Source: Eledone cirrhosa (Eukaryota). Taken from it: a stretch of DNA of 64,000 nt. Under the pieces are notes generated by a model, which saw only the letters and a list, made by a program, of their open reading frames with translations, made no database searches and was not told the DNA's origin. The stretch is from NCBI GenBank assembly GCA_964016885.1, contig OZ024749.1, positions 50,096,001 through 50,160,000 on the forward strand. Reading direction: 5' to 3'. Of the stretch, positions 1 to 16,325 are shown one piece after another; within the stretch, counting starts at the first letter, position 1, and each line of letters opens with the position of its first letter. Position numbers and translations under genes: made by a program.

Positions 1-38
1 TGGCGGAATCCATTGAAATCTAAAATATGAAAGACAAG

Positions 39-47
39 CATTTCGTT

Positions 48-115
<68 letters not shown>

Positions 116-124
116 AACGAAATG
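39..124. repeat. Perfect palindrome: 14-bp inverted flanks around a (TA)n tract
   Basis: CATTTCGTTAAATT (39-52) and its exact reverse complement AATTTAACGAAATG (111-124) enclose pure TA repeats. Confidence 0.9.
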
Positions 125-300
125 TTAAACATACTCACCCACTCCTGATACTTATATCTCGCTACATATCCCTCTCCATCATATTTAGTTTGTCACACTT
201 TTACTTGTGGTATATAAATATTGATGTTTGTTGTAATAGATCACTGCCAAGACAGGGATTGAACCATCAGCACAGTTGAACTATGTCATACATCAATTTA

Positions 301-370
301 TATATTTTATCTGATGAGGACGCACTGAAAAAATAGCACAGTACCTCCGAAATATATATAACAAAACATA
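301..370 (+). ncRNA. Type I hammerhead-ribozyme-like motif (Penelope pLTR type), copy 1
   Basis: CTGATGA (311-317), stem II GGA..ACTG/CAGT..TCC, GAAA (349-352), palindromic TATATA stem III, UA site; stem I TATATTTTAT versus ACAAAACATA (2 mismatches). Homologous copy at 44390-44460. Confidence 0.5.
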
Positions 371-414
371 TATTTTGATTATGTGAATGTATCCAGTTAT
401 TAATATTTTGAATA

Positions 415-1160
<746 letters not shown>

Positions 1161-1777
1161 GTGGTCATGTGTGTGATCATGTTTTGCAGCTTGTCATATT
1201 CATCATATATATATTTTTTTAATTATTATTCCAAATAAGAATTATAGGTATAAAACGTAAAGTATGTAATCCATGATAAATGTGTTTTTGAATGAAAATA
1301 AAGAAATGCGGAATATAAATCTGGAAAAAATAATAACTAAGGTATGCTGCATAAGCGATATATAAAAGAAAATAATTAAAATAAATGTAGCACATATTTG
1401 TTAAACGCCGCGCATATTTCTTAACATTAACAATTCTTATAATAACAAAAAAAAAAAAATATATATATATATAAAATGAAAATTCTTCCCCGGGAATATA
1501 TAAATCTGCAACGTGTAGAGCATAGTTCTGACACAGAATTTGTGTTTACCACTGTGTATAACTGGTCCCCTCCACAAATACTTGAATACATGCACGGAAT
1601 CATATACATGCTTTTACATAAATAGAGTATGCTTATATATATAGAGAGAGAATATACGTGTAGGTATATGTATCTATATTCATATATATGTATATATATA
1701 TATATATATACATATATGTATACATTCATTTACATATATATTTACTCTCTCTCTCTTTATATATATAGATATATAGA

Positions 1778-1861
<84 letters not shown>

Positions 1862-3168
1862 TGTTATGTCTGTGTGTGTATATCTGCGTATTTGTGGACA
1901 TGTATACTTGGGATTTTCTCTTTCTATATACAACTATGATACTTTCAATGTCGGCTTTGAATGTATGTGTGTGTTAATGGAAAATGAAAAACTCAGAAGT
2001 ATTCCCGATAAAGATTTCTGCGCGCTGATTGTATATATATATAAATGTTAGTATGTATATATCTTAGTATATATATATATATATGTATATGTGTGTGTGT
2101 GTGTATGTGTGTGTGTGTACAAATACTTATATATGCCTGTGTATGTGTGTATGTTTACCTACATTGCAGTAGAATGTGGGGGTGAATGTAGTTTCATAGG
2201 AAAGGATAATGTAAATATCTTTATAATGTGGTGTGCTTTGTTTTTCTTATTTACCCACCACATATTTATTTATTTGATATATGTTATATACATACCTTCA
2301 AATGTATGATAACGGTTTAAAGATAAATCTCAATGATCAGTATCAGCTAAAAATATGAGTTTACTTTTGTCATATATATATTTCATTCTTTTAAGCAAAT
2401 GCTAGCAAATAAGGTTTTTCAACTTGATCTGTATTCTATTTTTGGTTTCAATATCATTTGAGGCATTGTAAAGGATATCTTACACTTTTCTTTCCAACGT
2501 TGTATCGTGTTTTTACAATCATAATAGTGGTTGGAACATCATTATAACAGTAATTCTGAATAAAGCCACACAACCAGTGTGTGCTCGTTTAATATGTTGT
2601 GAATAGTTTGAAAAAACACGAAATATGAGAGTCAACACCTCGTCAAGAAAATACAGTGTGTAATGTCATACCTTGTGAAATATATCTTACACATTGACTA
2701 CGTATGTAACACTCCGATTATATACTTGAAACATCAGAGGGGTAATTTCATTACACAAGAGCAACAGCTCACTTATTTTGTAACGCATTATTTCCCACTC
2801 ACTAATCAATAACCACAATGTGACATAAAACCACTATATAGTGATCCATATTATTTTTATTTCACGACATGCTTAACCAGCGTATATAAGGATACATCAC
2901 AAATAATATATTTCCTAATACAGCGCTGTGCAAACAACTATTCCTCTGAAAGATGTCTAAATCCGTGATATATGTATCTGTTGTACTGTAATATTTTGCA
3001 TACGAGGGTGTTGTCTTTAATATCACCAGCGAATTAAACTAACACACGCCTCTTCTCTTATAGTAAGTTTGCATATCTGTCAATACCTGTACATGTCGCT
3101 TTCTGTGGTATAAACAAATAATTTATATATAAATAAATCTTCAATAGCTTATAAGTATTATAAAACAT

Positions 3169-3940
3169 GACCACCGCACCACTAGGTTGGAGGGAATGAG
3201 GAGGCGTATTCGCCATTTCTTTAAGAACCAGGGGCTCACTATCGAACTAGACCGAAATAGAAAGGTAGTTAACTTCCTAGACACCACCCTAAACCTAAAC
3301 ACCAAGCAATACTACCCCTACCACACGCCCAACGACAAACTTGTGTATGTTAACGCCAAGTCAAACCACCCTAGAGCCATAACCAAGGCCGTGGTGAAGA
3401 GTATCTAGGACAGGATCGCCAGCCTCTCCGCAAATAAGGAAATCTTTGATAACAACGCGGAATATTACAACGCAGCTCTAAATAAGGCGGCACATGGCCA
3501 AAATATAACATATAGTCCGAAACGCCGGGATGGGGATGGCCCAACGGACGCCCACCCGCGTTGTCCGGGAGGAGGCGAACCCTAACAATACAGGCAGAAC
3601 AGAAACAAATAAGCACCATGAGCCCGACACCACCACACGGGCGATGGTGACGTGTACGCTTAAGCATGAGATGAAACCCAATATGAGTAGCAGTCTCAGG
3701 GGTGCTGATAACCACGCCGTGCCCGATGACCCCAACCGCAGGACACATGGGGGTTAACGGGGGACCACCCCACAGTGGATCTCCCAAGTCGGGCAACAAC
3801 CACCCCACAGATTCGGGCCGTGGTGATAGCAAAACGCATAGCGCCCAAAGGGGAAGCAACAATGCGGGATCCACCAGCAACCCAACAACTCTCCAACAAC
3901 TCACGACGCCCCCAACCCACCCAAAGATGGCTGTCACCGA
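3169..3940 (+). mobile_element. Penelope-like retroelement fragment (RT C-terminus/thumb plus GC-rich linker), inactivated
   Basis: Frame reads LEGMRRRIRHFFKNQGLTIELDRNRKVVNFLDTTLNLNTKQYYPYHTPNDKLVYVNAKSNHPRAITKAVVKSI*DRIASLSANKEIFDNNAEYYNAALNKAAH. NFLD..YxPY..SNHP..LSxNxEIF..YxxAL is the PLE RT thumb pattern. In-frame TAG at 3406-3408; GC content far above background. Confidence 0.85.
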
Positions 3941-4009
3941 AATATATATAGCAGTAATGTACGAAGTCAAATTTTATACATTTGACTTATTTATTTTATT
4001 TTATTTTAC

Positions 4010-4255
<246 letters not shown>

Positions 4256-4444
4256 CTTTCTTTTTATTATGGCTAAGTGGTGTGTAACAAGACACATCCC
4301 TTGCTGATAATAACAACTATTTTAAAAGTCTCCATCGGTATTGCGTACACATTCTCGTGCCAGTCATCGTGTAATGTATATCTACCTACCTAACTATATA
4401 TCTATCTATCTATCAACACACACACACACTCACACACAGACATT

Positions 4445-4541
<97 letters not shown>

Positions 4542-5288
4542 TGAAAGAGGGCGAGGGGAGATAGAGACAGAAGAGTTAGACAAACAGAGACAGAGAGAAA
4601 GTATGTGTTTGTAAATAAGTTCTTGTTTGTAAAATTGGATATTTTTGCCATGTAAAATATATATCATTAACAAATTTTCCTGTTAAGTGTTCATTTCCCA
4701 TTACAAAGTAGAGTCTTTTCGCTTTTAGTAACACTTGAAATCAATTGAAATAAACAGATTACACATGGTGTACCCATGCGTGACTTCAATTGAATATATT
4801 TGGGCGCCCTTAATTTCTGTCTTCACAAGAGGACATTTAGATTACTAGTTTCACTATCAGAGCGATTATGTTTCAAACATAAGCACACGCATCGATATAC
4901 CCACACACATATGTGTTTATAGACATAGAATACTGATAAAACGGAGGTTTATTTGTTTAGTGTAATTCTAAAATGACTTGTCTCATTCTTGATCTCAGGT
5001 CACACACCACTAGATAAATGCACTGAACAGTTGGATGAGCATTGTCTCTTGATCTTTTCATGTCTAGTCAATTTGAGCTGGGTTCCAGTAAGACAGACAC
5101 ATAACAAAAGGAAATACACTTAACTTTGTTTGGTTTAATTGAAACTTGTTTGGAAATGTATCTCCTGTCTATGATTCTCTCCCGTTTTGCGTATGTGATT
5201 ACACACAAATAATACACATATGTAGATGTATATGCACATATACAAATATATGTACACTCGTATATATCCATCTATCTACCGCTACTTC

Positions 5289-5430
<142 letters not shown>

Positions 5431-7615
5431 AGCGGTTTGAGTTGCCAGGCGTTACATGATTATGTTGGTTATTCTTAGTGAAAAAAAAACAGATTTATTG
5501 TTGTGGGTCTCTTTATCCTCTTTCGCTTGAAAGAGGTATTTTTTCTTCTTATTTGTAGTGCAATATATTGTCTTTGTATAACACATTCTTCTCAGCCTTC
5601 CTATACTCACATTGGACATACACACATATATAAACATACATGCATATATAAACATGCAAAATATTCTGTGCATATACATTTATACTCGCGTAACATGCAG
5701 GCAAGCTTACACAGGCAACGCACACTCCCATAACCACTTCCATATACACATATAAGGATGCTTTTCATTCTTATGTGTATTTTTGTTTTCTTTAAATACA
5801 TATATGGAATTGAGTATAGCTAAGTAATATTGTGTACATAATTTCAATTAAAATCATGCTGCAACGTGTAAGTAGAACTATTTTGTTGTTCAAGAACTAA
5901 TGATTACATAGATTCTTCATACACAGATATTATTAAGTTAGCATTGATCGTATTATTGGAACGTCAGTCGTATAGATTAATATTACTCTAGAAACATTCT
6001 CTACTTGAAAACAAATGATAAATGTAAAGCTCTTACGGAAAGTGGGACATGTGTAATAAATATATGAGTAAATTAGATGTTTGCATTATTCATATTACGA
6101 GAATATCATTTTGTGCCTTGGCATACAGTAGAAAACATCAAGCTACTTCTGATAAATGCACCTAGTTATGTTTACTGTTCACGTATCAATGGTTCCTGAT
6201 TCTACACTGATTCTAAGGAATTGGTAGTTGTAAAAGTCTTAATTGATAGGGAATGTATGTTACCGTATTAAATGTTATATACTATTTTGAAAGCCATATG
6301 TTCAAGTTTCAATTTCGTGTGCTGCTTCAGTTGCTACACGTGAGACTTCGTAAAGTATTCAAGTATCATTGTAAGGGAAGCTAACACCAAATTTAGGCCC
6401 ATTATACAACATTAAAAGCCGTTATCGTGAAATGTGTCATGTATAAAATGTGCGGGGGTGGGTGTAAATGAAAGATATGTGTTGGTGATTAAGAGTGAAC
6501 ATATGTAACGATTAACGTTTGGAAACAAACTCGTGTAATAATAAGGGAGCTGGTACCATACTCTATATAGAAACATGCCTCGTTCTGTATATGTTAATAT
6601 GTGATCTGGTCACAGTTACATCATTAGCTGTTCGGGAATGCCAAAAATATATTTCTGGATTTTAATACGCCATCAGATATATTTAATCACTTGGTAGTGG
6701 AGCCAAAATAAACTTAAATGTTATACAATTGTTTGCGTATAACCCAACGAATGGATTTTAATATTGCTATATAGTGCGAAGCTGAACGTCTACGATTTCA
6801 TATGCAATAGCATTAACACGACTTCTTTCGTAACAGCGTTGTGTAGGAAGGCAAATACGGTATATTTATGTGTAAACACACAACTGCCTCGGTAAGAATA
6901 TTCTAACAATGTCACTATTTGCATAGAGGAATGGAAATGTGAGACAACAGTTTCAAGATAGTCAAACGTCGGAGTTTAATATGTTTAATATGTTTTCCAT
7001 CTAGGAAGATAAGAGTTCCTAAATCCCATGTTAGATTATCATTACATTTTAAATTAGGATCAAGTTAGAAATAATCGTTATTGCTACTTCAAGAGATGAA
7101 AAATGATCCAACTCGAAAATTTGTTAAGCAATTTTTTTTTTATTTTCTTGTCTCTATGTTGTTCCACGTGTAAAATAATGAATGTAATATAATGTAATAG
7201 CATAAAGGAAAACTCTGAAAATATTTTACAAGAATCCATAGTAAAGCAACGAAATACAGTATCAATAATCACAAGTAAAAAATATATTCCATGGTGAAAA
7301 CCTAAAAGGTTGCAACTGTGGTTAAAACAAATAACTTTTCGAAAGCAATTATTTTACGAAAGTATAGATTACATGGATTTACGGGAAAAAAGGTTGAAGG
7401 TCCATGCAAAACGATCATGTAATCATAAATAGTTTATCTTCTCTATCTAGACAACACTAGTAATCGTATGTGGGAATATTACTATGTTGCTGGGGATTTG
7501 ATAAATCATTGTTTGATACAATTTCAATAAAAGCAGGCAGTTGTGTGGCTATTTCAAAATCGCACAATGAATGAACAGAGATGAATATATATGTATTTAT
7601 ATATATATATATATA

Positions 7616-7648
<33 letters not shown>

Positions 7649-7698
7649 ATGGGTGTGTGTGTGTGTATGTGTGTGTGTGTGTGTGTGTGGGTGTGTGT

Positions 7699-7766
<68 letters not shown>

Positions 7767-7867
7767 ATGTGTGTGTGTTTATATATATATATATATTGTT
7801 ATACGTGAGGAGGGTCATATTATTATAATAATATTGCCAGAATTAATGACAGAACACACCATTTGAT

Positions 7868-7944
<77 letters not shown>

Positions 7945-8316
7945 GTGGATATGTGTAAGTGTTTGTGTAAGTGTATGTGTACATGTGTGCATGTTTTTGT
8001 GTATGTGGTTCTGTCTGTATGCGTGTGTAACAGTTATACATTTTGGTTCGTTCTTCTTTGCTACAGTGTAAGTCTTGCAGCTTATCCCTTGCTCAAAAAG
8101 CTTAATCCTGTATTATGTAGACGGTGTTCATTATAATTACCCTATTTTACAATACAATAACCTACTAGCTATGCAATTGCTTGTACCACTATGTAAATGT
8201 ACTGAACGAAAATATTACAGAATATAACTGGATAAAGCCAAATATTATCACACAAAGCAGCTGTACGCTTTGACACATGATTCTTTTCTTATCACACATG
8301 TACACATATATTTATA

Positions 8317-8396
<80 letters not shown>

Positions 8397-10330
8397 TGTA
8401 TATATACTATTAGAAAGTGTTTTTTTCTACAAAATGAAAAAAAAACGGTGTCCTACACTAGTGAAAGTATAGGGAAAAAGATGAAATCGAAAATGCAACT
8501 GGGGTCATTTGTTTTTAAATATATTTATTTGGTTCCTTTACCGGTTTCGCAGTTCTTGTGCTTTTCAAAAGTAGAATTGAGGTGGATGGTTCGTGGTTTT
8601 TCTCACATCTGTGGAAGTTATAAATTATTTTCATGTATGTTGATGTTGCACTGTACATCACATGTATAAACTTAATTTTTTGCACGGTAACAAAGCGCTG
8701 CATTTTATGTTTTCTCAATCAACAAATAAAGCCATGTATCTTAGTTCCCTATTTATCAGTTTTCCTAGTGCACTATAAAAAGAATATCAGTGACGCATCA
8801 TTTATTTTGTTGTAGCTTTTAACGTTATGGATGTGGGCAATCTGCTTCCTCTATTCCTTTGCTTGGGGATCTCCTGTCAGCAAATCTTCACTTTAATTAT
8901 GTAACTTTTGATATTCTGACATCAAGGGAAATGCCTTTGAGACAAACTAAGACCTCTCTAGTGATAAATTTACAGTGGTTAGTTTTCATATCACTCAATA
9001 TAGTACTAAAAAAGAAAAGCAATAAATATTCCTTTGATTTTTGAGAGATCGTGACAGCTAAGTGAATTTCGTTTACTTGTTACATTTGAAATCGTTCCCC
9101 ACTCAGTTTCTGATTCATTGATCGTGATCCACTGAATGAATCGATTTGATGTACGTTATGTTATACATTGATTCACATAAATATAGTATGCAATCGCAGT
9201 ATTCTACTTTGAAATTGAATTACAGTATATTCTGTTTAATCAGTAGAAATGTGCCATCGTGACAATAACACTTTCGGTATATCGACAACCATTAAATTAC
9301 GGCCATTTTCTAGAGTGCTTGACGAAGTTGGTAAGCACCAAATTTACTATTCGTCTTAATTCAGTTCATAAATTATTGCTTCTCATCTGATATATTTATT
9401 GATACAATATAACATTCTACAAATTTATTGTAAGTCCTAACGTGTATACTAAAATCTACTGATGTTCTAACGCAATGTTACCAAAATTCTATCACCCGAA
9501 AATAAATTTTGTAGACAACATTTTAACTGTATCTACAATTTCCACCGTGTCGATTCACTTTTACTGGAGAGGTATTCGGGTTAAGTTGTAGAAAAACTAA
9601 TATATGATAACATAATTATACATTTTACTTACCTTAGGTAATTAATTTACAATTGTTTATGCATAACTGATCTCTACGTACTCTATTTTTTTTATTTTTA
9701 CGTTAATGTTTTATTTTTACGTTAATGTTTTTACGTTAATGTTAATCCACGTATGACCACTACCGTTTGATTGTGATTGATGTTTTCCAAAATATATTAA
9801 AATCACTATTTAATTGAAATTACGTGAATGTAGACATCAGGTAAGATGTTGCCTGTTACGTACGAGTTATGCACGAAGTTCGAGGAGAGCGACGTCACAC
9901 GTATTTAATTTTCAACGAAGTATGTGCTAGAGAAATATACCTGATTTGAACATAGACAAAGCAGTACCTTATACAACAACCCAGGATATTTATGCGCATT
10001 CAACCACTTCTCAATGGTTAATACATCAATAACGTTATATCATTTTGGTAATGACCTTTTAGATTCCGTTCCTTACTGTACATTGCATTCTGCTCATAAA
10101 ATTATATTCATTAATAGACTTAAAGTAAAATGAAAAGCGATAATTGCAAAATATGTTTTATGTAATAATAATTATATGATGTGCAGGGTTATTAAAGTTA
10201 TTCCATGAACATTAATTTATATTGTAAATAATCAAATTAATCGAATTAATGCGTTTTAATTAGTTACGTTTTCAAATAAATGTAAGTCCAACTCTATTGG
10301 TTTTTATAGCAGACACAGTTTAATTACGTA

Positions 10331-10537
10331 GACACACGTACACACACACAATACACACCCACGCATACACACGCACCCACGCACCCAAATATACATATAT
10401 ATATATATAAAGAGAGAGAGAGTGAGTGAGAGAGGGATGGGGAGATAAATAGATACATAGATAAGGATATATCCTTATCTATGTATCTGTTTATCTCACC
10501 ATCTCTCTCTCACTCTCTCTCGTTCTCTCTCTCTCTT

Positions 10538-10605
<68 letters not shown>

Positions 10606-10695
10606 CCAGTAAGACCCCGACAGCTTATATATGTATATTTGGGTGTGTGGGTGCGTGTGTACGCGTGGGTGTGGATTGTGTGTGTATACGTGTAG
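10331..10695. repeat. Imperfect long palindrome with no spacer, centre 10469/10470
   Basis: Core AGATACATAGATAAGGATA|TATCCTTATCTATGTATCT; mirrored GA/TC tracts; CCCAAATATACATATA versus TATATGTATATTTGGG; CACACCCACGC versus GCGTGGGTGTG. Confidence 0.85.
10603..10625 (+). mobile_element. Fragment of the TA-embedded hairpin element
   Basis: GAACCAGTAAGACCCCGACAGCT is the exact reverse complement of 30541-30563; flanked by TA. Confidence 0.75.
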
Positions 10696-12008
10696 ATAGG
10701 TTAATAGGCAATACACATTTATTATACAATATCGTATCTATCACGTGTTACAATGCAGTTATGCAATCGTTAAAGAAAGCAGGATTATTCCATGATCCAT
10801 AATCTACTATGTCTCACTGCGTGGTTTAAATACGCATTTCCTCATAGACACTCCGAGAAAACTTGAATTTTCCAAAAATATGAGAACTCTATTAATACCT
10901 GAATATCTTTGCCAACATGACGACAGTCGTTCTCACACCCTATCTATATGTATCTTGACTGTCTTTAGACTTCATAAATAGTTTCTGAATGAATAATGTA
11001 TGCAGTACGCGCTTTCCTCAATCTGTCAATTGAAATAGTAATGATAGCACAATCTAAATAGAATAATTATGTCATTAATCATCCATGAGATTGTCAATAG
11101 ATTGACAATTATTAATACCCTGCATTACATAATTAACCATGTATCGGGTTGTAAACATTCGTGTACTTGAACTTGAAATGACATTTGCATGGACAGAGTG
11201 AAACTATGTCCATCCGCATTCACAGATTCTAAAATAAACATAATCAACTATCTAATTATATTTATTTCGCTTTTAATCTATTATAAAATATAGAGATTTA
11301 CTATATTGCCTCTATTATTTGTTTTTAATAACGCCATTAATGTACCATATACGACTATAAAACGTGAAGGTAGTAATATAATGCCACAATTATTTATCTT
11401 TCGACATTATCTATCGGCACATATTTCCTTTCAAACGCTCGTTGTTCGCATACATTCAGCTATCAAAGTAAATGGCAATTATTTTGTATAATAATTTAAT
11501 TTCAATGATAACATATATTAGACTCATTACATGAACGCAAAATGTTATTGTTTTAAATATGATGAAATGTGGTCGTGTGTCTATGCAGGCGCTTATTTCT
11601 CGTTGCAGAAAGTTTACAAAGTAACTTTGTTCACGCACCCTTTGAGTGATACACATTTTCAAACAATACATCTAAGTATATTGCAAAATAAAAAAATATC
11701 ATTATTTACCACAAACGAAGGTGTGAGTATCTCCGTAGCTACTCAGCCTACACATCTTCGAAAGTTATAAAACATTGGGTCATGATGTTATGCATATATG
11801 TTGCAAGTTTATACGTTTAATATATACCGGTATATACGAGAGGATGAGTGGGGATAGGCAGAAATATTTCGATATGTATATATTTTTAACAATCAACAAA
11901 GTAGGAAAAGTGGCATAAACGTGGGACGTTATTCCTTTCTCAGCAAATAGAATTAGAGTGAGAAGGAAGAAATTAATGATGGAAGAGAGCAACAAGGGGA
12001 ATGAACTG

Positions 12009-12051
<43 letters not shown>

Positions 12052-13527
12052 TTGAGTGTGTGAGTGTGTGTGTGCCTGTATGTGTGCGTAAGTATGTGTG
12101 TGTGTGTATGAATGTGTGTGATTGTGTGTCTGTATCTGGTTATATATGAACGCCTGTGCATAGTCACCACATCAGAATTAATACACGAAAGCCTGTAGTA
12201 TGTCAAGAACAAATACACAATAATTAACATTATATGAATATATAATTCATAAATCTATGAATACGTTTATGTACCAAATATATTTAAATATATAATCATT
12301 ATAACATAATTATTCATACTGTAACCCAGCGTATATTAGTATCTGTAACATAACTTTAATATAGATATAACTAGAGCGTATGCTAAAAGACGTGATCGAA
12401 AACGTTTAGAAAACTTCTACTCTAAGCAGAAAATTACACGAGATTATGTTCAGGTATAATTCGAGCATTTTGACACCTCAGATATATTTGTGGGTGTCGG
12501 TGTGCACTGTTTTTATGTTTATATGTGTGTGTGTCCCCCTGTTTGTGTTCTATATTTGTGTACAGTAATTTAGCGGTATGATGACTGAAAGTTCGATAAA
12601 ATAAATAGTACAGATTTCACACATCAATGGGATAGCCGAACACTATAGAGTACTCCAGTTTCACATTAGTCCAATAACATAAAACAGTAACAGAATAAAC
12701 CAATTCAAACAACATGTTAATGGTAGTATAGTTTAGTTAATTTTGCAACGAGAATGACCAAGCTAAAAAATATGGAAATATAACTCTCTATATCTGAAAT
12801 GCATATACAATATAATAGTTAAGGAAGAGAACACGTGAAAGAAAAGATGAGGACATATTTTTAAATGACCTTAGTGTTACAAAGGAAGCAATTCCCGATG
12901 GCTACGTATATATAAATCTATAAAGAAAGATTTACCGATATATTTTTTTCTACGAAAACCAAATCTAATTTTAAATTTGATTAAGAATCAATATTCATAG
13001 ACGGTAAGTCTATGGGCTCTTAATTGCATTATATTACACATATAGAACTTAATAAAAGAAGTCAGATGTCAAATTAATGAAGTGAATCTGTCTTTCCAAC
13101 ATATTCACATGTCCGAACAAGCTGAAATATGATTTTAAGTTATAAATCACAGTGTAGTACACGTTAACGGGAACAGAAACGGCCTAACATCTAAACAAGC
13201 TAAGGTCAGAAAGCTAAAGTTTAATAGATGAAAATACAATAACTGATTTCCTTGTTATTATAAATAGAAATCATTTAATATATCAAAAAATGAAATATTT
13301 ATTTCGGATATAATGCGAAAGTAATTGTAATAAAAATATTTTGCGACATATAAGTGCATATATCAATTAATCTTAGAAAAAATATTCAGTATTATGTCCC
13401 AACATCTGTTGAAATGTATTCTACATTTTCATTATTTCTCGGTATATAAATGCAGACACACACACAACCACGCACAAACAGACGCATGCATACATCTACG
13501 GACATGTGTATATGTATATATGTATAT

Positions 13528-13558
<31 letters not shown>

Positions 13559-13714
13559 CATACATACATACTTATGTATACACACATACATACACACACA
13601 CGCATATATATATATGTGTATATATGAATACATCCTCTCTTTTCATGATATTCGGATTACATTGAGTTCTTCATACGGATTGGATACTACCGTACATGTT
13701 GGTAGATTTATCTC

Positions 13715-13746
<32 letters not shown>

Positions 13747-13905
13747 TATACATGCATACATTATATTATGAGGATAATTATTTTAACTTCGAAGTCTCCC
13801 AGATACTTTGCTTCGCTAGCCTCATAGAGAAATGCGATGAACATTTCTATATAACTGTCAAATATTTTCTTGTAAAATAAATCTCCATTCTTACATATGT
13901 GTGTG

Positions 13906-13936
<31 letters not shown>

Positions 13937-14199
13937 GTATATATATGTATGTACAATTTCGTACATATATATAGAAGTATCAGTGTGTGTGTGTATTTGT
14001 GTGTGTCTATGATTTTATTCATTGAATAGTAGACTGATTATCTTCATGATTCTTTTGAGCGTACGATCCCTTTGGAATGGTTGCAAATCAAAGAAATATC
14101 TCGTAAGATGTACCGAATTGCAGAGATATTCCAAACGTCAACATATCCAAATGACTCGGTAAGATCAAATCGAATAGCGACATTAACGTATTCATACAA

Positions 14200-14855
14200 A
14201 CCACCGCCACCATTTTCATCAGCAACACCAACTTAAACATAATGAGTAAACGCACCATCAACAACAACAGCACTAACACTACCATAACCAACAACCATAC
14301 TAGCAATACCTATACCAACGTCAAAATTGTTATCATCATCAAAACCACCAACACCATCATCATGATCATCATCATCATGATCATCATCATCATGATTGTC
14401 GTCGTCGTCGCCGTCGTCTTCGTCAAATTAATGATAAAAATAATAATATAAACCATTATAACCATCATCATCATTATCATCATCGTCGTCGTCGTTATTA
14501 TACTTAATAACGCAGACATCACTACCATCATCATCAGTATTATCATTATTAGTTTCATAATTCTTATCATCAATAGCAGCATCATCATCACAATCATCAT
14601 AATATTTATCATCATAATCATTGTTATCACTATCGTCATCTTCATCAACTTCATCGTTGCCATCTCCACCCTCATCACCAGTATCACCATCATCCTTATC
14701 GGCATTATCTTCATCATTATCACCATTATCATCATAGTTATCAAAAACAACAACAACGGCAACAGCAACAGCATAATACTTACAAACATGTATCAGCATT
14801 AGTTTATTATAATCGCTCACAGAAATGTATCCATCATCATCATCATCATCATAAA
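14200..14855. repeat. Degenerate trinucleotide (ATC/AAC/GTC)n low-complexity tract
   Basis: Visible ATC/ACC/AAC periodicity; produces the spurious poly-I, poly-M and poly-D ORFs. Confidence 0.9.
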
Positions 14856-15582
14856 TAGCATTAGTCTTATCTTCATAATAATGTTCTTCAGTGTCTACTT
14901 GTCTTGGACCTTACTTAGAATCAATATCATCATAACCAGCTTGACGTCTTTGCTGCCAGAACCACAATGTACCACACATATCAAATACAACCACATCTCA
15001 TCAAGGACATTTACAACAACAATATAAACTTTATTCGTAAGAGAAAATATTGTTGAAAGAGAATACTACTGTGTATTATAGCAGTGTATATATCGTGGGT
15101 ATTTTCGAGAATATCATAGAGAATTAGGATATTCATAAAAATAAGATCAACAGATTATCATAGGTTTTACGTTAAAAAAGACAAGCATACAAACCAGTTT
15201 TATACTAAGCTAGAAATTGAAGAAATTTTAAAGTATTGAATTCATTTGAAAGATTCATCCGTAAATTCAAACAACATTAATAATACAAATACCAATAACA
15301 ATGTTAATAATTCAACTATTTTTATTATGAATACGGCAGATCCAAAATGAAATTTAAACTAACAAGGAGGTATGTTATAATGGTAATTTCAAATAAATGA
15401 AGAAGTAGATCCTGAATAAAACTATTAATAGTTTATAAAAGCCAATCAAATGAAAAGCATTCTAGAATATTCGGAAACATGAAAGAAAACGATTTTTTAC
15501 ATGACAACTGCGCTAAATGGACATATTATGATGCATGATTTAAATTTAACCAGCAACCATTAAAATACCATTGCGAGGAATG

Positions 15583-15645
<63 letters not shown>

Positions 15646-16175
15646 TATGGGGGGGGTATATATGTGTGTATGTATTGTTGTGTGTTTACTTGTTTATGCA
15701 CTTAAAAGTTAGTATATATAGAATAATACCACCAAGTTTCCATTTCTGGCAATTGACTATTCGGTGATATAACGTAATATGATGGACTTTCACTGGTCAA
15801 TAACCAAAATTGCCCTTAAGCAGTTATGTTTTTTAAAGACTCTTCGTATTCCAGAATTTCAACATCTTGCATAAACATGCGAACTCCACATCACAGCGAA
15901 AATATATTCATAGAATAAAGAACATCTTTCTGAATACATTTCGTATGTAAAACAGGATTTACACAAACACACACACATATATATGTATATATAAATATTT
16001 AAAATTCATAGTATGTTTATTATTAAAATATTTAAGGGAATTAGGGACATTTCAGTACACTAATGGAAATAAAAAAGGTCATTCCAGTTAGAATAGCTCA
16101 TTGCACACAACCACAGACAATAAACACACACAATATATATATATATATATATATATATACCTCTCTCTCCCTCTC

Positions 16176-16325
<150 letters not shown>

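Noticed and set aside
9695-9746. Small tandem repeats and palindromes (TTTTACGTTAATGT x3; GCTCACGACTA x3 at 23309-23340; 18-bp palindrome at 34087-34104)
   Set aside because: Ordinary slippage or chance features with nothing to suggest function
14088-14820. Asp/Asn-rich and Ile/Met-rich ORFs resembling acidic biomineralisation proteins
   Set aside because: Explained by a degenerate (ATC)n tract; no credible splice or start context
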